In this document: positions 9,076 to 18,478 of the stretch, piece by piece | Layout: the number at the start of each line of letters is the position of its first letter | Numbering within the stretch: position 1 is the stretch's first letter | Assembly (NCBI GenBank): GCA_002323995.1 | Contig: DCQY01000126.1 | Span: 8,020 to 72,019 of the forward strand | DNA: 64,000 nt | Direction: 5' to 3' | Source: Akkermansiaceae bacterium UBA1506 | Lineage (GTDB): Bacteria; Verrucomicrobiota; Verrucomicrobiia; Verrucomicrobiales; DEV007 | Position numbers and translations under genes: made by a program | Notes under the pieces: model-generated | The model's database searches: none | What the model was told of the DNA's origin: nothing | The model's input: the letters and a program-made list of their open reading frames with translations, nothing else

Positions 9076-12000
9076 TTATCGTTTTGTAATGCACTCGTCA
9101 AAATTCATCACCGTGGATACGAGCGTTGTGACCGCGGCGAGACGTGCGGGGTTTTCGTTTTCGGGAGCCTTAGAGGCGCCAACCGAGATCAGCTCTCTGG
9201 CTGCTCCGGAGCCGGTTGCGAAGTGTTTTTCCTGTTCTTGGATCAAATGGCGCAGCACGGGCCACTCCTGTTGGTCGGGTTGGCGACTGGTGAGGCGACG
9301 ATAGGTTTCGTTAATGATAGCATCGTTGTCGTTGCCGTATTCGTTGACCAGATTTTCTGCCAGCGTCCTTGCGGCTTCAACAAACTGCGGCGAATTGAGT
9401 AAGACGAGTCCTTGCAGTGGTGAATCTGTTTTTTCCAGGCTGACGCGGCAGACATCCCGCTTCGAGGCGTTGAGCGTTGTCATCATCGGGGCCGGGCTTG
9501 TTTGTCTCCAGTAGGTGTATAGGCTGCGGCGATAAAGGTCGTCTCCCTGGCTGATTTTGGTCGGCTTGAAGGAAACAGCGATATCGTAAGGTTTCACAGG
9601 GGCGCCTCCGACTTCGTTGTTCAGCAGCCCGCTTGCAGCGAGAGCGTTGTCTCGAATCATTTCGGCCGAAAGGCGGGGGGCCGGGAAGCGGTAAAGAAGA
9701 GTGTTTTCCGGATCGAGAGTCGTCAGTTCTCCGGAGCTCACATTTGAACTCTGCCGATAGGTGGCGGACAAAGCCATCTGTCTGAGCAGGTGTTGCACAT
9801 TCCATCCGCTCTCAATAAAATCCCGTGCCAGCCAGTCGAGCAATTGTGGATGGGTGGGGCTGCGACCCTGGCTGCCGAAGTCTTCGGGTGTTGAGACAAG
9901 TCCGGCGCCGAACATCAGTTGCCAGTAGCGGTTAACAGTGACGCGGGCGGTGAGGGGATTGTCACCCGAAGCCGTCCAGCGTGCGAGGTCGAGACGGTTT
10001 TGCGGGGCATCAACTTTTTGGGACGGAAGGAAATCGGGCGTGGCTGCTGAGACGGTTTTCTCGCGATTCGAATAGTGACCCCGGCCAAGCAGATAAGTGG
10101 GCTTGGGTTCCTCCATTTCCTTCATCACCATGATGTCTGGAATGGTGCGGATCAGGGCGATCCGTTCGTCGCGCAGTTGCTTGAGTTTAACGGTTTCCTC
10201 CTGGTAGGGGGGATGGGCGTTGGCGAGGAACCAATCAATGCCTGGCTGCCATTCGCTGTGTTCGAAGCATTGTGCCACCTCTCCGGGGTCGAGTTCCTTG
10301 TCGAAAACCTGGAAGTCGTCGACGAGGCCGCCGGTGAATCCGTTGTCTCTCATGCGTTCACCAATCACGATGGTATCGCTGCCACCGCCGGTGATGTCGC
10401 GGGTGAGATGGTCGCGAATGATTCGTGTATCAGCGGGCTGACCATCGACGTAAAGCGTCACACCCGAGGCGCGGCTGGAACCATCGTAGCTGACAGCCAC
10501 GTGCTTCCACTCTCCGACAGGAAGTTTCTCAGTGGTGCGCACGCGGATGGCGTCGCCAGGATAGAAGTGGATGATTCCCAGGCTGAGTTCACCATCCTCG
10601 ATGAGCAGTTCGTATCCACGGCTTGCTGCATCAGTCCATGCCTTGGAACGGCTGAAGACAACAGCTCTTTTCTTTTCGTCCGGCGTTTTGAGCCAGAGCG
10701 AGATAGTGAAGGAATCGTTGCGGGAAAAATTGCCGACCGGTAGGGTGACCTTGTCATCACCGGTCAGTTGGATCGCCTTGCCATTGCGACCGTCAACGAG
10801 CTGGTTATTTCCCGACGTCGTTGCGGGATCGGCACCTTCAACTAGGTTCGGGATCTTGTTTTCCTCGTTCGATTCGAAGTCAAAGGAAGCAATCGGAGTG
10901 GCCTCGGTGACATTACCGTGAGAGTTTTTCATCCACTTCTCAAAAGCGGGAGCAGCGATCTTCGCGAGTTCGGTCAGCCGAGCTTCGGAAGCTGCGATTT
11001 TTGCATCGAGATCGGCGAGTTTCGCCTCCTGAGCTTCGTCGGGCAGCCAGAGGGTAGGCGGAGGTGTTGCATCTACTTTGGGGAAGTAGGCATACAGACC
11101 TGCCTCATCGATGTTGTCGAAGTAGGCGGCAACCTCGTAGTAGTCCAGCATCGTCAGGGGGTCATACTTGTGGTCGTGACAGCGGCTGCATTCGAAGCTG
11201 AGTCCGAGGAAGGCTGTGCCAAACGTGTGAACACGATCAGCGACATACTCGATGCGGAATTCTTCAGGGACACTGCCTCCTTCGTTCTTCTGCGAGTGGA
11301 GGCGATTAAAAGCCGTGGCGAGGATTTGATTCCGGGTCGGGTTTGGGAGTAAGTCGCCGGCGAGCTGTTCGATGATGAACTGGTCGTAGGGCATATTGCC
11401 CTGGAAGGCTTCGATGACCCAGTCACGCCAAGGCCAGACTCGACGATCCCAATCTTGCTGGTATCCGAAGGTGTCGGAGTAGCGAGCTACGTCGAGCCAC
11501 TCACCTGCCATACGCTCACCGTAGGATGCCGAAGCGAAGAGCCGCTCGACGACTTTCTCATAAGCGTCAGGAGAAGTGTCAGCGAGAAAGGCATCCAGTT
11601 CCGGCAGCGTCGGAGGGAGGCCGGTCAGGTCGAAAGTGATGCGCCGAAGCCATTTCTCGCGGTTGGTCTCCGGGGAAGGGGCAAACTGCTCCTGCTCGAG
11701 ACGATTGAGAATAAAGTGATCGATGGGATTGCGGACCCAGTCGGGTTGAGTTTTCGGCACCTCAATAGAATCGGGGATCGCCGTGAAGGACCAGTGTTCC
11801 CGGTATTCGGCACCTTGATTGATCCAGCGCTTAATAATGTCGATCTCTTCCTCTGTGAGGGCCATCTTATTTTCCGGCGGCGGCATGAGATCGATCTCGT
11901 CATCGGTGATGAGACGGTAATAGAGCTCACTGTCTTCGGCATTGCCTGGAACGATACCGAAGTAATCACCCAGGTCGGCCGTGGCGTGCTCGAAGGTGTC

Positions 12001-12159
12001 GACGCGGTATTCGGATTTCTGGTTCTTGGCGCCAGGGCCATGGCACTTGAAACACCTGTCTGAAAGGATCGGTCGAACATCCTTATTGAAGTCGACACGA
12101 TCGCTGGCTGAGAGCGCCCCGATAAGCCCAAGGGAAAGGATTAGTATGGAGTAGCGCAT
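9076..12159 (-). CDS. PSCyt1 / PSCyt2(DUF1549) / LamG / DUF1553 multidomain protein
   Basis: Signal peptide from the ATG at 12159 (MRYSILILSLGLIGALSA). CFKCHGP haem-like motif (PSCyt1). FECSRCHDHKYDP (DUF1549/PSCyt2). Internal LamG-like region (FTISLWLK..WKHVAVSYDG..LYVDGQ). C-terminal DUF1553-type sequence. It sits directly upstream of the DUF1501 gene. Confidence 0.85.
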   Translation of the reverse strand: MRYSILILSLGLIGALSASDRVDFNKDVRPILSDRCFKCHGPGAKNQKSEYRVDTFEHATADLGDYFGIVPGNAEDSELYYRLITDDEIDLMPPPENKMALTEEEIDIIKRWINQGAEYREHWSFTAIPDSIEVPKTQPDWVRNPIDHFILNRLEQEQFAPSPETNREKWLRRITFDLTGLPPTLPELDAFLADTSPDAYEKVVERLFASASYGERMAGEWLDVARYSDTFGYQQDWDRRVWPWRDWVIEAFQGNMPYDQFIIEQLAGDLLPNPTRNQILATAFNRLHSQKNEGGSVPEEFRIEYVADRVHTFGTAFLGLSFECSRCHDHKYDPLTMLDYYEVAAYFDNIDEAGLYAYFPKVDATPPPTLWLPDEAQEAKLADLDAKIAASEARLTELAKIAAPAFEKWMKNSHGNVTEATPIASFDFESNEENKIPNLVEGADPATTSGNNQLVDGRNGKAIQLTGDDKVTLPVGNFSRNDSFTISLWLKTPDEKKRAVVFSRSKAWTDAASRGYELLIEDGELSLGIIHFYPGDAIRVRTTEKLPVGEWKHVAVSYDGSSRASGVTLYVDGQPADTRIIRDHLTRDITGGGSDTIVIGERMRDNGFTGGLVDDFQVFDKELDPGEVAQCFEHSEWQPGIDWFLANAHPPYQEETVKLKQLRDERIALIRTIPDIMVMKEMEEPKPTYLLGRGHYSNREKTVSAATPDFLPSQKVDAPQNRLDLARWTASGDNPLTARVTVNRYWQLMFGAGLVSTPEDFGSQGRSPTHPQLLDWLARDFIESGWNVQHLLRQMALSATYRQSSNVSSGELTTLDPENTLLYRFPAPRLSAEMIRDNALAASGLLNNEVGGAPVKPYDIAVSFKPTKISQGDDLYRRSLYTYWRQTSPAPMMTTLNASKRDVCRVSLEKTDSPLQGLVLLNSPQFVEAARTLAENLVNEYGNDNDAIINETYRRLTSRQPDQQEWPVLRHLIQEQEKHFATGSGAARELISVGASKAPENENPARLAAVTTLVSTVMNFDECITKR

Positions 12160-12435
12160 CGGGAAACTTCGAATCGAAACATCAACTTTACAGTAAACAC
12201 AAAAAGGTATGATCTTGCGGATATGATAGCAAGTATGAGATACGCGATTGCGGGCCACGTAACAGCGAAACGCGGACAGGAGAACAATAAACATAAAAAG
12301 AAATACCCTCGTGAGCCCAATAAAAATGGCTTTGTAGCTTTTTAGCAGTGGCTTTGGTGGGCTCGGGAGACGGTCAAAGACCGCGGTCAGGAACGATTTG
12401 AATCTGTTACAGCTTTAATGTAATTTTAGTATGTA

Positions 12436-13185
12436 ATGACGTTTTTGGCGAAGAGTTATGACGAGCGGTTTTTTTCGCGGCATCCCGAGGCGAGACAGAT
12501 CATGGAGCTTTTTGAGTTCCTGCCTTCCGTTTATTTCTATGTCAAAGATGCGGAGCACCGCTATGTCTGCGTGAACCGGCCTGTGCTTACCGAGATCTTC
12601 GGAATGAATCAAATGGAAGAGATTTTAGGGAAATCAGACCTTGAAATTCAGGCCCCAGCGATGGCGGAAGCCTACCATGCTGAAGATCGTCAGGTAATGA
12701 ATGGTGGGAATGTGATCCCAAATCAGGTCTGGTTGGTGATGTTGGCTGGGGGAGGACCCCAGTGGTTTGTTTCGACGAAAACTCCGCTCAAAGGAGATAA
12801 AGGTGATGTTATTGGATTGGCGGGTGTGATGTATCGCATCGATACACCGGATGAAGAAGTCGAGCGTTTCGGCGAGATTCATCCGGTGATCAAATATCTC
12901 GAAGAGCATTATCGATCAGATATTTCTATGGAAGCAATGGCGCGTCTTTCAGGTCTTTCGACGACCCAGTTTAACAAACGCTTCCGTGATCTCTTGCGGG
13001 TTTCCCCAACTGAACTGCTGTTGCGTCTTCGAATCCAAGAAGCGCAGCGCCTGTTGGTTAGTACTTCTGACGGAGTGGCATCGATCGCGGAGGCGACCGG
13101 ATTTTGTGATCAGAGTCATTTTACGAAACGTTTCAAGCGAGTCACGGATATGACTCCACTTCGATACCGGAAGTGTTTCCGTTGA
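12436..13185 (+). CDS. PAS-sensor AraC-family transcriptional regulator
   Basis: N-terminal PAS-like fold (FYVKDAEHRYVCVNRP...). C-terminal AraC HTH (GLSTTQFNKRFRDLLRVSPTELLLRLRIQEAQRLL..CDQSHFTKRFKRVTDMTP). Divergent from the PSCyt/DUF1501 operon. Confidence 0.8.
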   Translation: MTFLAKSYDERFFSRHPEARQIMELFEFLPSVYFYVKDAEHRYVCVNRPVLTEIFGMNQMEEILGKSDLEIQAPAMAEAYHAEDRQVMNGGNVIPNQVWLVMLAGGGPQWFVSTKTPLKGDKGDVIGLAGVMYRIDTPDEEVERFGEIHPVIKYLEEHYRSDISMEAMARLSGLSTTQFNKRFRDLLRVSPTELLLRLRIQEAQRLLVSTSDGVASIAEATGFCDQSHFTKRFKRVTDMTPLRYRKCFR

Positions 13186-13229
13186 ATGCTGTTCGACACG
13201 GAAATGAATTAGGCGTAAGGGATGGGTGG

Positions 13230-13925
13230 ATGAGTCAGGCTATTGAAGCGTTCCCCGAGTCCCGCGAATTTCTTGCTGATATGGTTGCAGGCATGTGTCT
13301 GGACATTGCAGCACTTTCGCGTCCGCTCAGGCGCTGTGATCTTACTTTGTGCGGAGGGAACTGTTGTCACGATGGTGTCTATCTCTCATCAGAGGAAGCG
13401 CGAGTTATTCGCGATCTGGCTGGGGAGATGCGAGGTAAGCTTAAGGGGCTTGGAGCCAACCTACCAAAACAAGTCGTGGTCTACGGTAAGTGGCGAGACG
13501 CAGCTTCTGGGCCGAAGACAGCAACGAAGCCGGCTTCGATGCGAGACAAAGTGGGAGACTACCCAAAACACTTCCCGGAGACCAACTGCGTTTTCCTCCT
13601 CGATGATGCAAGATGCGCTCTTCAGGTCATGGCGACAAAAGAAGAGAAGCATCCTTGGACTTATAAACCGCTGACCTGCTGGTTGCATCCCTTATCGATC
13701 ACTTCAGGTCCGAATCACAAGCCGCTGTTGACTTTGTATTCTGATGAGACCGATCCTCAACGTTATCCGGATTACGATGGCTTCGTCTGTCGAACTCATT
13801 GCGGCCGCTTGCAGGAAGCCGGCGAACCAGCATGGCAGGTGCTGCGATGGGAGATAGAAACTCTCGGCGAAATCGGGGGGCGTGATCTTATTGCCGAAAT
13901 CGAAGCGGAAACGACGCGCACTTAA
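13230..13925 (+). CDS. Cys-rich hypothetical protein (possible Fe-S/Zn protein, YkgJ/UPF0153- or DUF3109-like)
   Basis: Motifs CGGNCCHDG, NCVFLLDDARCAL, CWLHPL and CRTHCG. The ORF-track start at 13173 is GTG and overlaps the AraC stop; the ATG at 13230 is an alternative. Confidence 0.5.
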   Translation: MSQAIEAFPESREFLADMVAGMCLDIAALSRPLRRCDLTLCGGNCCHDGVYLSSEEARVIRDLAGEMRGKLKGLGANLPKQVVVYGKWRDAASGPKTATKPASMRDKVGDYPKHFPETNCVFLLDDARCALQVMATKEEKHPWTYKPLTCWLHPLSITSGPNHKPLLTLYSDETDPQRYPDYDGFVCRTHCGRLQEAGEPAWQVLRWEIETLGEIGGRDLIAEIEAETTRT

Positions 13926-15104
13926 TTAAGCGGAGGTATCGGCTTTCGCCTCGTTGGCTGCTTCTTTCCCTTCGCCGTTTGGCTCGGAGGGCTCCTCAAC
14001 TTCAAGGCCCATTTTGGATGCTCGGTTTTTCCAAAGATTACGGGCGAACTCCTGCATGTCCTCTCGGGTGTCCGCCTCGTCGACGATCTCTAATCCAAGC
14101 AAGGTCTCGACCACATCTTCCATCGTGACGAGTCCGCTCATACCGCCGTATTCGTCGAATACAACAGCGACGTGATCTCGATTGGCAACTAGTTGCTGGA
14201 AAGCATCTGTCATTTTTGTCATCTCAGGCATGGCTGCGATTTCCCGGCTGAGGTCTCGCAGTTCGAGATCAAATTTATCTTGGGCGGCAGCTAGCAGGAT
14301 ATCATGTTTGAGGACGAAACCTTTGATGTCGTCGCGGTTTTCGCTGTAGATCGGAATTCGGGAGAAAGGAGAACTCCGGTGACGCTCCAGATAATGCTCC
14401 ACGGTAGTATCCTCGGTCAGTGCGAAAACCACCACTCGGGGAGTCATCACTTCGCGAACAGTGATTTCGCTGAGGCGTAAGAGGTTGTCGAGAATTCGGG
14501 ATTCGTCTTCTTTTAGTTTTCCCTGACGAGTACCCAATTCTGCCATCACTTTGAGTTCGTCGCGGCTGAAGGTGGCCTCACCGTGTCCGCCTTTACTAAA
14601 AATTTCGATAAACCAAACCACGGGGGTCATCACCCTGGTCAACCAGTGTAGTGAAACAGCAACCCAGGGAGCCCAAGCTCGCCAGTGTCGTGCTCCAAGA
14701 TTTTTGGGGATAATTTCGGACGCGATCAGAATCGCAAGGGTCATGAGTGCTCCTGCGAGAGCATCCCACTTACCTCCCCCTAGCGCTGAGACTTGGGCGG
14801 CCACTCCCATCGCTCCTACGGTGTGAGAAATAGTGTTTAGTGTCAGAATGGAAGTCAGCGGCCGACTAATCTGACTCTTGAGTCGTTCAAGCAGTAATCC
14901 TGACTTGGGACGCTTCTTCTTGTGGTTGGCTATGTAGGGATTGGTGACGCTCAGGATAACTGCCTCCCAGACAGAGCAGAAAAATGACACGCCGATGGCA
15001 AGGCAGAAATAGACGATCAGGAGGGTCCAGGAGCCGGTAATGTCAGGATCAAGGGTTGCCGGTGCGAGCGCCGCGACAGGAAAAAGAAACATGATTACTC
15101 CCAT
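13926..15104 (-). CDS. CNNM/DUF21 plus CBS-pair transporter-associated protein (HlyC/CorC family)
   Basis: Four N-terminal TM helices (DUF21). Tandem CBS-like region (VREVMTPRVVV...VAVVFDEYGGMSGLVTMEDVVETLLG). ATG start confirmed at 15104. Confidence 0.85.
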   Translation of the reverse strand: MGVIMFLFPVAALAPATLDPDITGSWTLLIVYFCLAIGVSFFCSVWEAVILSVTNPYIANHKKKRPKSGLLLERLKSQISRPLTSILTLNTISHTVGAMGVAAQVSALGGGKWDALAGALMTLAILIASEIIPKNLGARHWRAWAPWVAVSLHWLTRVMTPVVWFIEIFSKGGHGEATFSRDELKVMAELGTRQGKLKEDESRILDNLLRLSEITVREVMTPRVVVFALTEDTTVEHYLERHRSSPFSRIPIYSENRDDIKGFVLKHDILLAAAQDKFDLELRDLSREIAAMPEMTKMTDAFQQLVANRDHVAVVFDEYGGMSGLVTMEDVVETLLGLEIVDEADTREDMQEFARNLWKNRASKMGLEVEEPSEPNGEGKEAANEAKADTSA

Positions 15105-15126
15105 ATTGCTATGAATTGAGACAGCT

Positions 15127-15327
15127 TCAAGTCGAAACGAGTTCTGGATTCAGGGGCTCGAGAAGCTTGGCGATCTGCCTCGGTGTCACCTGTTGATCAC
15201 AAGAAACGTTGAAAGCCACGAAGCGGCGCAGTGATGTCGTCGCTAGGCTGTCTTGCTCAGCAACTGCGGGCAGTGCTAATGCGGTCGCAAGTAAGGCGAT
15301 GCTGAGAGTGACTTTGATAGCTTTCAA
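15127..15327 (-). CDS. Possible small secreted protein (66 aa)
   Basis: Signal-peptide-like N-terminus (LSIALLATALALPAVAEQ). TTG start only, no clear Shine-Dalgarno, no recognisable family. Confidence 0.25.
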   Translation of the reverse strand: MKAIKVTLSIALLATALALPAVAEQDSLATTSLRRFVAFNVSCDQQVTPRQIAKLLEPLNPELVST

Positions 15328-15375
15328 TAGGCTTGAGAATGATATTTTAATCTGATCTGAGAGACTTGAAGGAGA

Positions 15376-17184
15376 CTATTTTTTCTTAACGTAGGCGAAG
15401 AAGGCGCCGGTTACTTCGCCCTGATTGCCAACAAATGTGGCATAGAGTTCGGCCGGACCGGCTTCGAGGGTAACATCGAAGGTTACATTAGATGCGCCGG
15501 AAGGAACATCCTTGGAGAGTCGAATGCTTTGAATCTCAATGTTAGCGGACTTTGCAGGAACAGCTTTACCGGGTGTTTCGCGGAAAGCGGGGCCACCGGG
15601 GACTGAATTTCCCGGAGAGATTGGGGCGGTGATGGGCGTGTTGGCAACGTTTCCTTCGTTGGGCCAACGGCGCAGCTCGATTTCGTAGTCACCGGCTTCT
15701 TCTACGGTGAGATACCAGAATCCGAGGTTGCTAGGCTTAGTCACGCCGTCACGAATGTGCTTCTGGTTCCAGGGGCTGGAACCGGTCGTGATCCAATCGT
15801 GACTGGTGAGTCGGCTCGGATTTTCAGCGGGATTACCAATGTGAATACGCGCCGGGTCCCCAAAGGACGGAGAGATGTCAGCCCACCACGCATCGTAAAA
15901 ATTCTTGAGTCGCTCTGCTACTTCCGGGTGGTCTGCGATGACATTGTTCTGTTGCTTCGGATCATTCTTGATCGCATAGAGCTCGTGGGTTGGCCCCGCT
16001 TTTTTGCCTTCATTGGAAACGAGGCGCCACTCATTGGTCATTACTGCAGACTTTCTCCACTTGATGGGATCTTTGACGCGCTGGCTGTCAGTGACAAGGA
16101 TGCGGTCTGGCCAGTTATGGGGTCGCTGGATACTCTCAATCAGCGGGCGGATTGAAACACCGTCGAATGTAACGTCGGCAGGTGCTTTGATACCGGCGAG
16201 ATCGATGAGCGTTGGGACGACGTCAACGTGAGCGGTTATGGTCTCGACCTTATTTTCTTTATTGAATCCGCCTGCAGGCCAATGCAGAAAGAATGGAACG
16301 CGGTGACCGCCGTCATACTCGCTACCTTTGGCTCCGCGCATTCCACCATCGTAGGTTCCGCGACCTCCAGCCGTGCCGTTGTCGGTGGTGAAAATGAAGA
16401 TTGTGTCATCAGTTAGGCCTCTCTCGTCAAGCCATTCACGCAGAGCTCCTACGTTGTCATCGATATTGGCGACCATGCCGAAGAAGTTGGCTGGGGCAAC
16501 GCCGAGGTGCGCGTAGGGAGCCGAGCTTTCCTCCGGGGCGTGGTTGGGGCTGTGCGGTGCGTTAGTGGAAATGTAGGCTAGGAACGGCTTGCCTTCGACT
16601 TCACTGGCTTCAATGAACTTCTTCGCGTAGTCGAAGTAAACGTCGGTGCAGTAGCCTTCGGTCTTGGTGGGCACCTTATTGTGGAAGTAGGTGTCGTCGA
16701 AGTAAGCGTTGTCCCAGTAATCAGGAGTCTGGCCGACGCCGCCACCACCGTGGCGAAGGACTTCGGTGAAGCCTCGATCCTCAGGTCTGAAAGGGTAGTT
16801 GTCACCGAGGTGCCACTTGCCAAACATGCCGGTGTTGTAACCGTTATCCTTGAAGATTTGAGCGATCGTTACCTCATTGAAACGTAGCATAGAGCGTCCC
16901 ATAATGGTGTGCCAGACGCCGGTTCGGTTGGTCCAGTGTCCCGTAAGCAGAGCGCCACGTGTAGGGGAGCAGGTCGGGGCGACGTGGTAGTCCTCAAGAC
17001 GAACTGACTCGCTTGCGAGCGAATCGAGATGCGGGGTTTTCACGACTGGATTGCCATGGCAGGACAGGTCGCCATATCCCTGGTCGTCAGTGATTACAAT
17101 GACGATATTGGGGGCATCTGCGACTATCACTGGAAGGGCCAGAAAGGAAGTAACCGCAAGAGTGATGATGATTGAAAATTTCAT
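15376..17184 (-). CDS. Arylsulfatase (Cys-type) with a C-terminal beta-sandwich extension
   Basis: Signal peptide, TDDQGYGDLSCHGN, CSPTRGALLTG, GKWHLG and TTDNGT motifs, plus about 130 extra C-terminal residues. Confidence 0.9.
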   Translation of the reverse strand: MKFSIIITLAVTSFLALPVIVADAPNIVIVITDDQGYGDLSCHGNPVVKTPHLDSLASESVRLEDYHVAPTCSPTRGALLTGHWTNRTGVWHTIMGRSMLRFNEVTIAQIFKDNGYNTGMFGKWHLGDNYPFRPEDRGFTEVLRHGGGGVGQTPDYWDNAYFDDTYFHNKVPTKTEGYCTDVYFDYAKKFIEASEVEGKPFLAYISTNAPHSPNHAPEESSAPYAHLGVAPANFFGMVANIDDNVGALREWLDERGLTDDTIFIFTTDNGTAGGRGTYDGGMRGAKGSEYDGGHRVPFFLHWPAGGFNKENKVETITAHVDVVPTLIDLAGIKAPADVTFDGVSIRPLIESIQRPHNWPDRILVTDSQRVKDPIKWRKSAVMTNEWRLVSNEGKKAGPTHELYAIKNDPKQQNNVIADHPEVAERLKNFYDAWWADISPSFGDPARIHIGNPAENPSRLTSHDWITTGSSPWNQKHIRDGVTKPSNLGFWYLTVEEAGDYEIELRRWPNEGNVANTPITAPISPGNSVPGGPAFRETPGKAVPAKSANIEIQSIRLSKDVPSGASNVTFDVTLEAGPAELYATFVGNQGEVTGAFFAYVKKK

Positions 17185-17320
17185 TTGATGAGAGGGGAGA
17201 TTTTAGTGGATCTACTATACAGAACAAGGCTTAAACTATTCAAATCGTTCTCCGGTAGCGGAGAAATAATTCTTAACTCCGTGTTGGAGTGTGGAGAGGG
17301 AGTTGGGAATTGTTTCCGTC

Positions 17321-17348
17321 TTGACCCTATTTATGCAATTCCTATAAA
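17321..17348 (+). promoter_or_regulatory. Candidate sigma70-type promoter for the prepilin-like gene
   Basis: TTGACC (17321-17326), a 16-nt spacer, then TATAAA (17343-17348), about 55 nt upstream of the ATG at 17405. Pattern match only. Confidence 0.25.
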
Positions 17349-17404
17349 CTGAAAACTCTTGGAAGCGCCGGGAAATGGCGTATCACTTCCCAAGATAGCC
17401 ATAT

Positions 17405-18265
17405 ATGAAGTTTTCCCTCTCCTCCGAACGAACTGCTCGATCAGGTTTCACTATGGTTGAAATACTGGTAGTAGTTGCCATTCTCGGTATTCTCGTCGCC
17501 ATCTTAGTTCCAAGTCTCGGCAGGGCGAAGCAGATCGCCGAGGCCATGGTAAATACCACCAACTTGAAAAATATTGCGACGGCCACACTAGCGTGGGCAG
17601 GGGATCACGGGAACAAGTTGCCTTCGCCTCAATATCCCGGCGGTGAAATTGTTCCCGGCACGATGGATCCTGACGACTATTTTCCAGACTACTGGAACCT
17701 AGGCGAGTCCGGGTTATGGATCGATGGGGTCGTTTTCGGACATATGTATCTGTCTGAACAAGCGCGTCGTGAGGACGATAAGGACGGCGATTACGGCGAC
17801 GATGGTTATGCCTCTTCCGGTGGTTACGAGGTCGACGAATCTGGAACCCACCTTAGGGGAACCCTTTTTGAGAATACTCAGTCGGTCAAAGCTGATCCTG
17901 AAGAGCAGGACTGGCACAAGCACAGTTACGCAATGAACACGAATCTTCAATATGACCGTCGAAAAGAGGATTCACCCGAACCTTGGTTGACGGAGAAAAC
18001 CCTTTCTAACCTGCTCTTCATGCCTAATGCACTTCTCTACATCGAAAATAAGGAATCCAACCTGATCGATTTTGACGATCGCGAAGCGATTATTGAGACG
18101 ATGGAAGAGCGCTGGGAAGGTAGCAAGGTCATTGCAGCGTTTCTTGATGGCCACGCCGAGCGACTAAAGGAGAACCAGATTCCGGAAGCTGACCCTAACA
18201 CTGATCGGGAGTCGAGCCGTTTCTGGCGTGGTGTAGATATCAATCGTAGCGCCAGCTCTGAGTGA
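17405..18265 (+). CDS. Prepilin-type N-terminal cleavage/methylation domain protein (PVC pseudopilin-like)
   Basis: The class III signal G/FTMVEILVVVAILGILVAIL carries the conserved Glu at +5. The C-terminal FLDGHAERL motif is typical of the expanded PVC pseudopilin-like family. Confidence 0.75.
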   Translation: MKFSLSSERTARSGFTMVEILVVVAILGILVAILVPSLGRAKQIAEAMVNTTNLKNIATATLAWAGDHGNKLPSPQYPGGEIVPGTMDPDDYFPDYWNLGESGLWIDGVVFGHMYLSEQARREDDKDGDYGDDGYASSGGYEVDESGTHLRGTLFENTQSVKADPEEQDWHKHSYAMNTNLQYDRRKEDSPEPWLTEKTLSNLLFMPNALLYIENKESNLIDFDDREAIIETMEERWEGSKVIAAFLDGHAERLKENQIPEADPNTDRESSRFWRGVDINRSASSE

Positions 18266-18478
18266 TCCTGAATTATTCAAATTCTAACTCTTGAACGTTC
18301 TGGCTCTCGGGGCTGTTGTGAGCGCGGGGTCTTTTTGGATTCATTCTCAGAAGCGAAAGAGCTCCCACGGTGGGTTAACGCAGCGATGGTAACGCAAAAA
18401 CTTTCAGCTGATAATTAACGTTGCTTAAAGCTCAATCGTCCTTAACTTTCTTTGCTGGAGTAAGCGTCAGCAAAGCGA

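Noticed and set aside
12160-12294. 45-codon extension upstream of the DUF1553 signal peptide; similar extensions occur at 20485-20655 (PhoX-like), 5894-5992 (GT) and 49368-49475 (sulfatase)
   Set aside because: Each is Cys/Arg-rich or starts at TTG and precedes a clear signal or Tat peptide that begins at an internal ATG. The shorter models were adopted.
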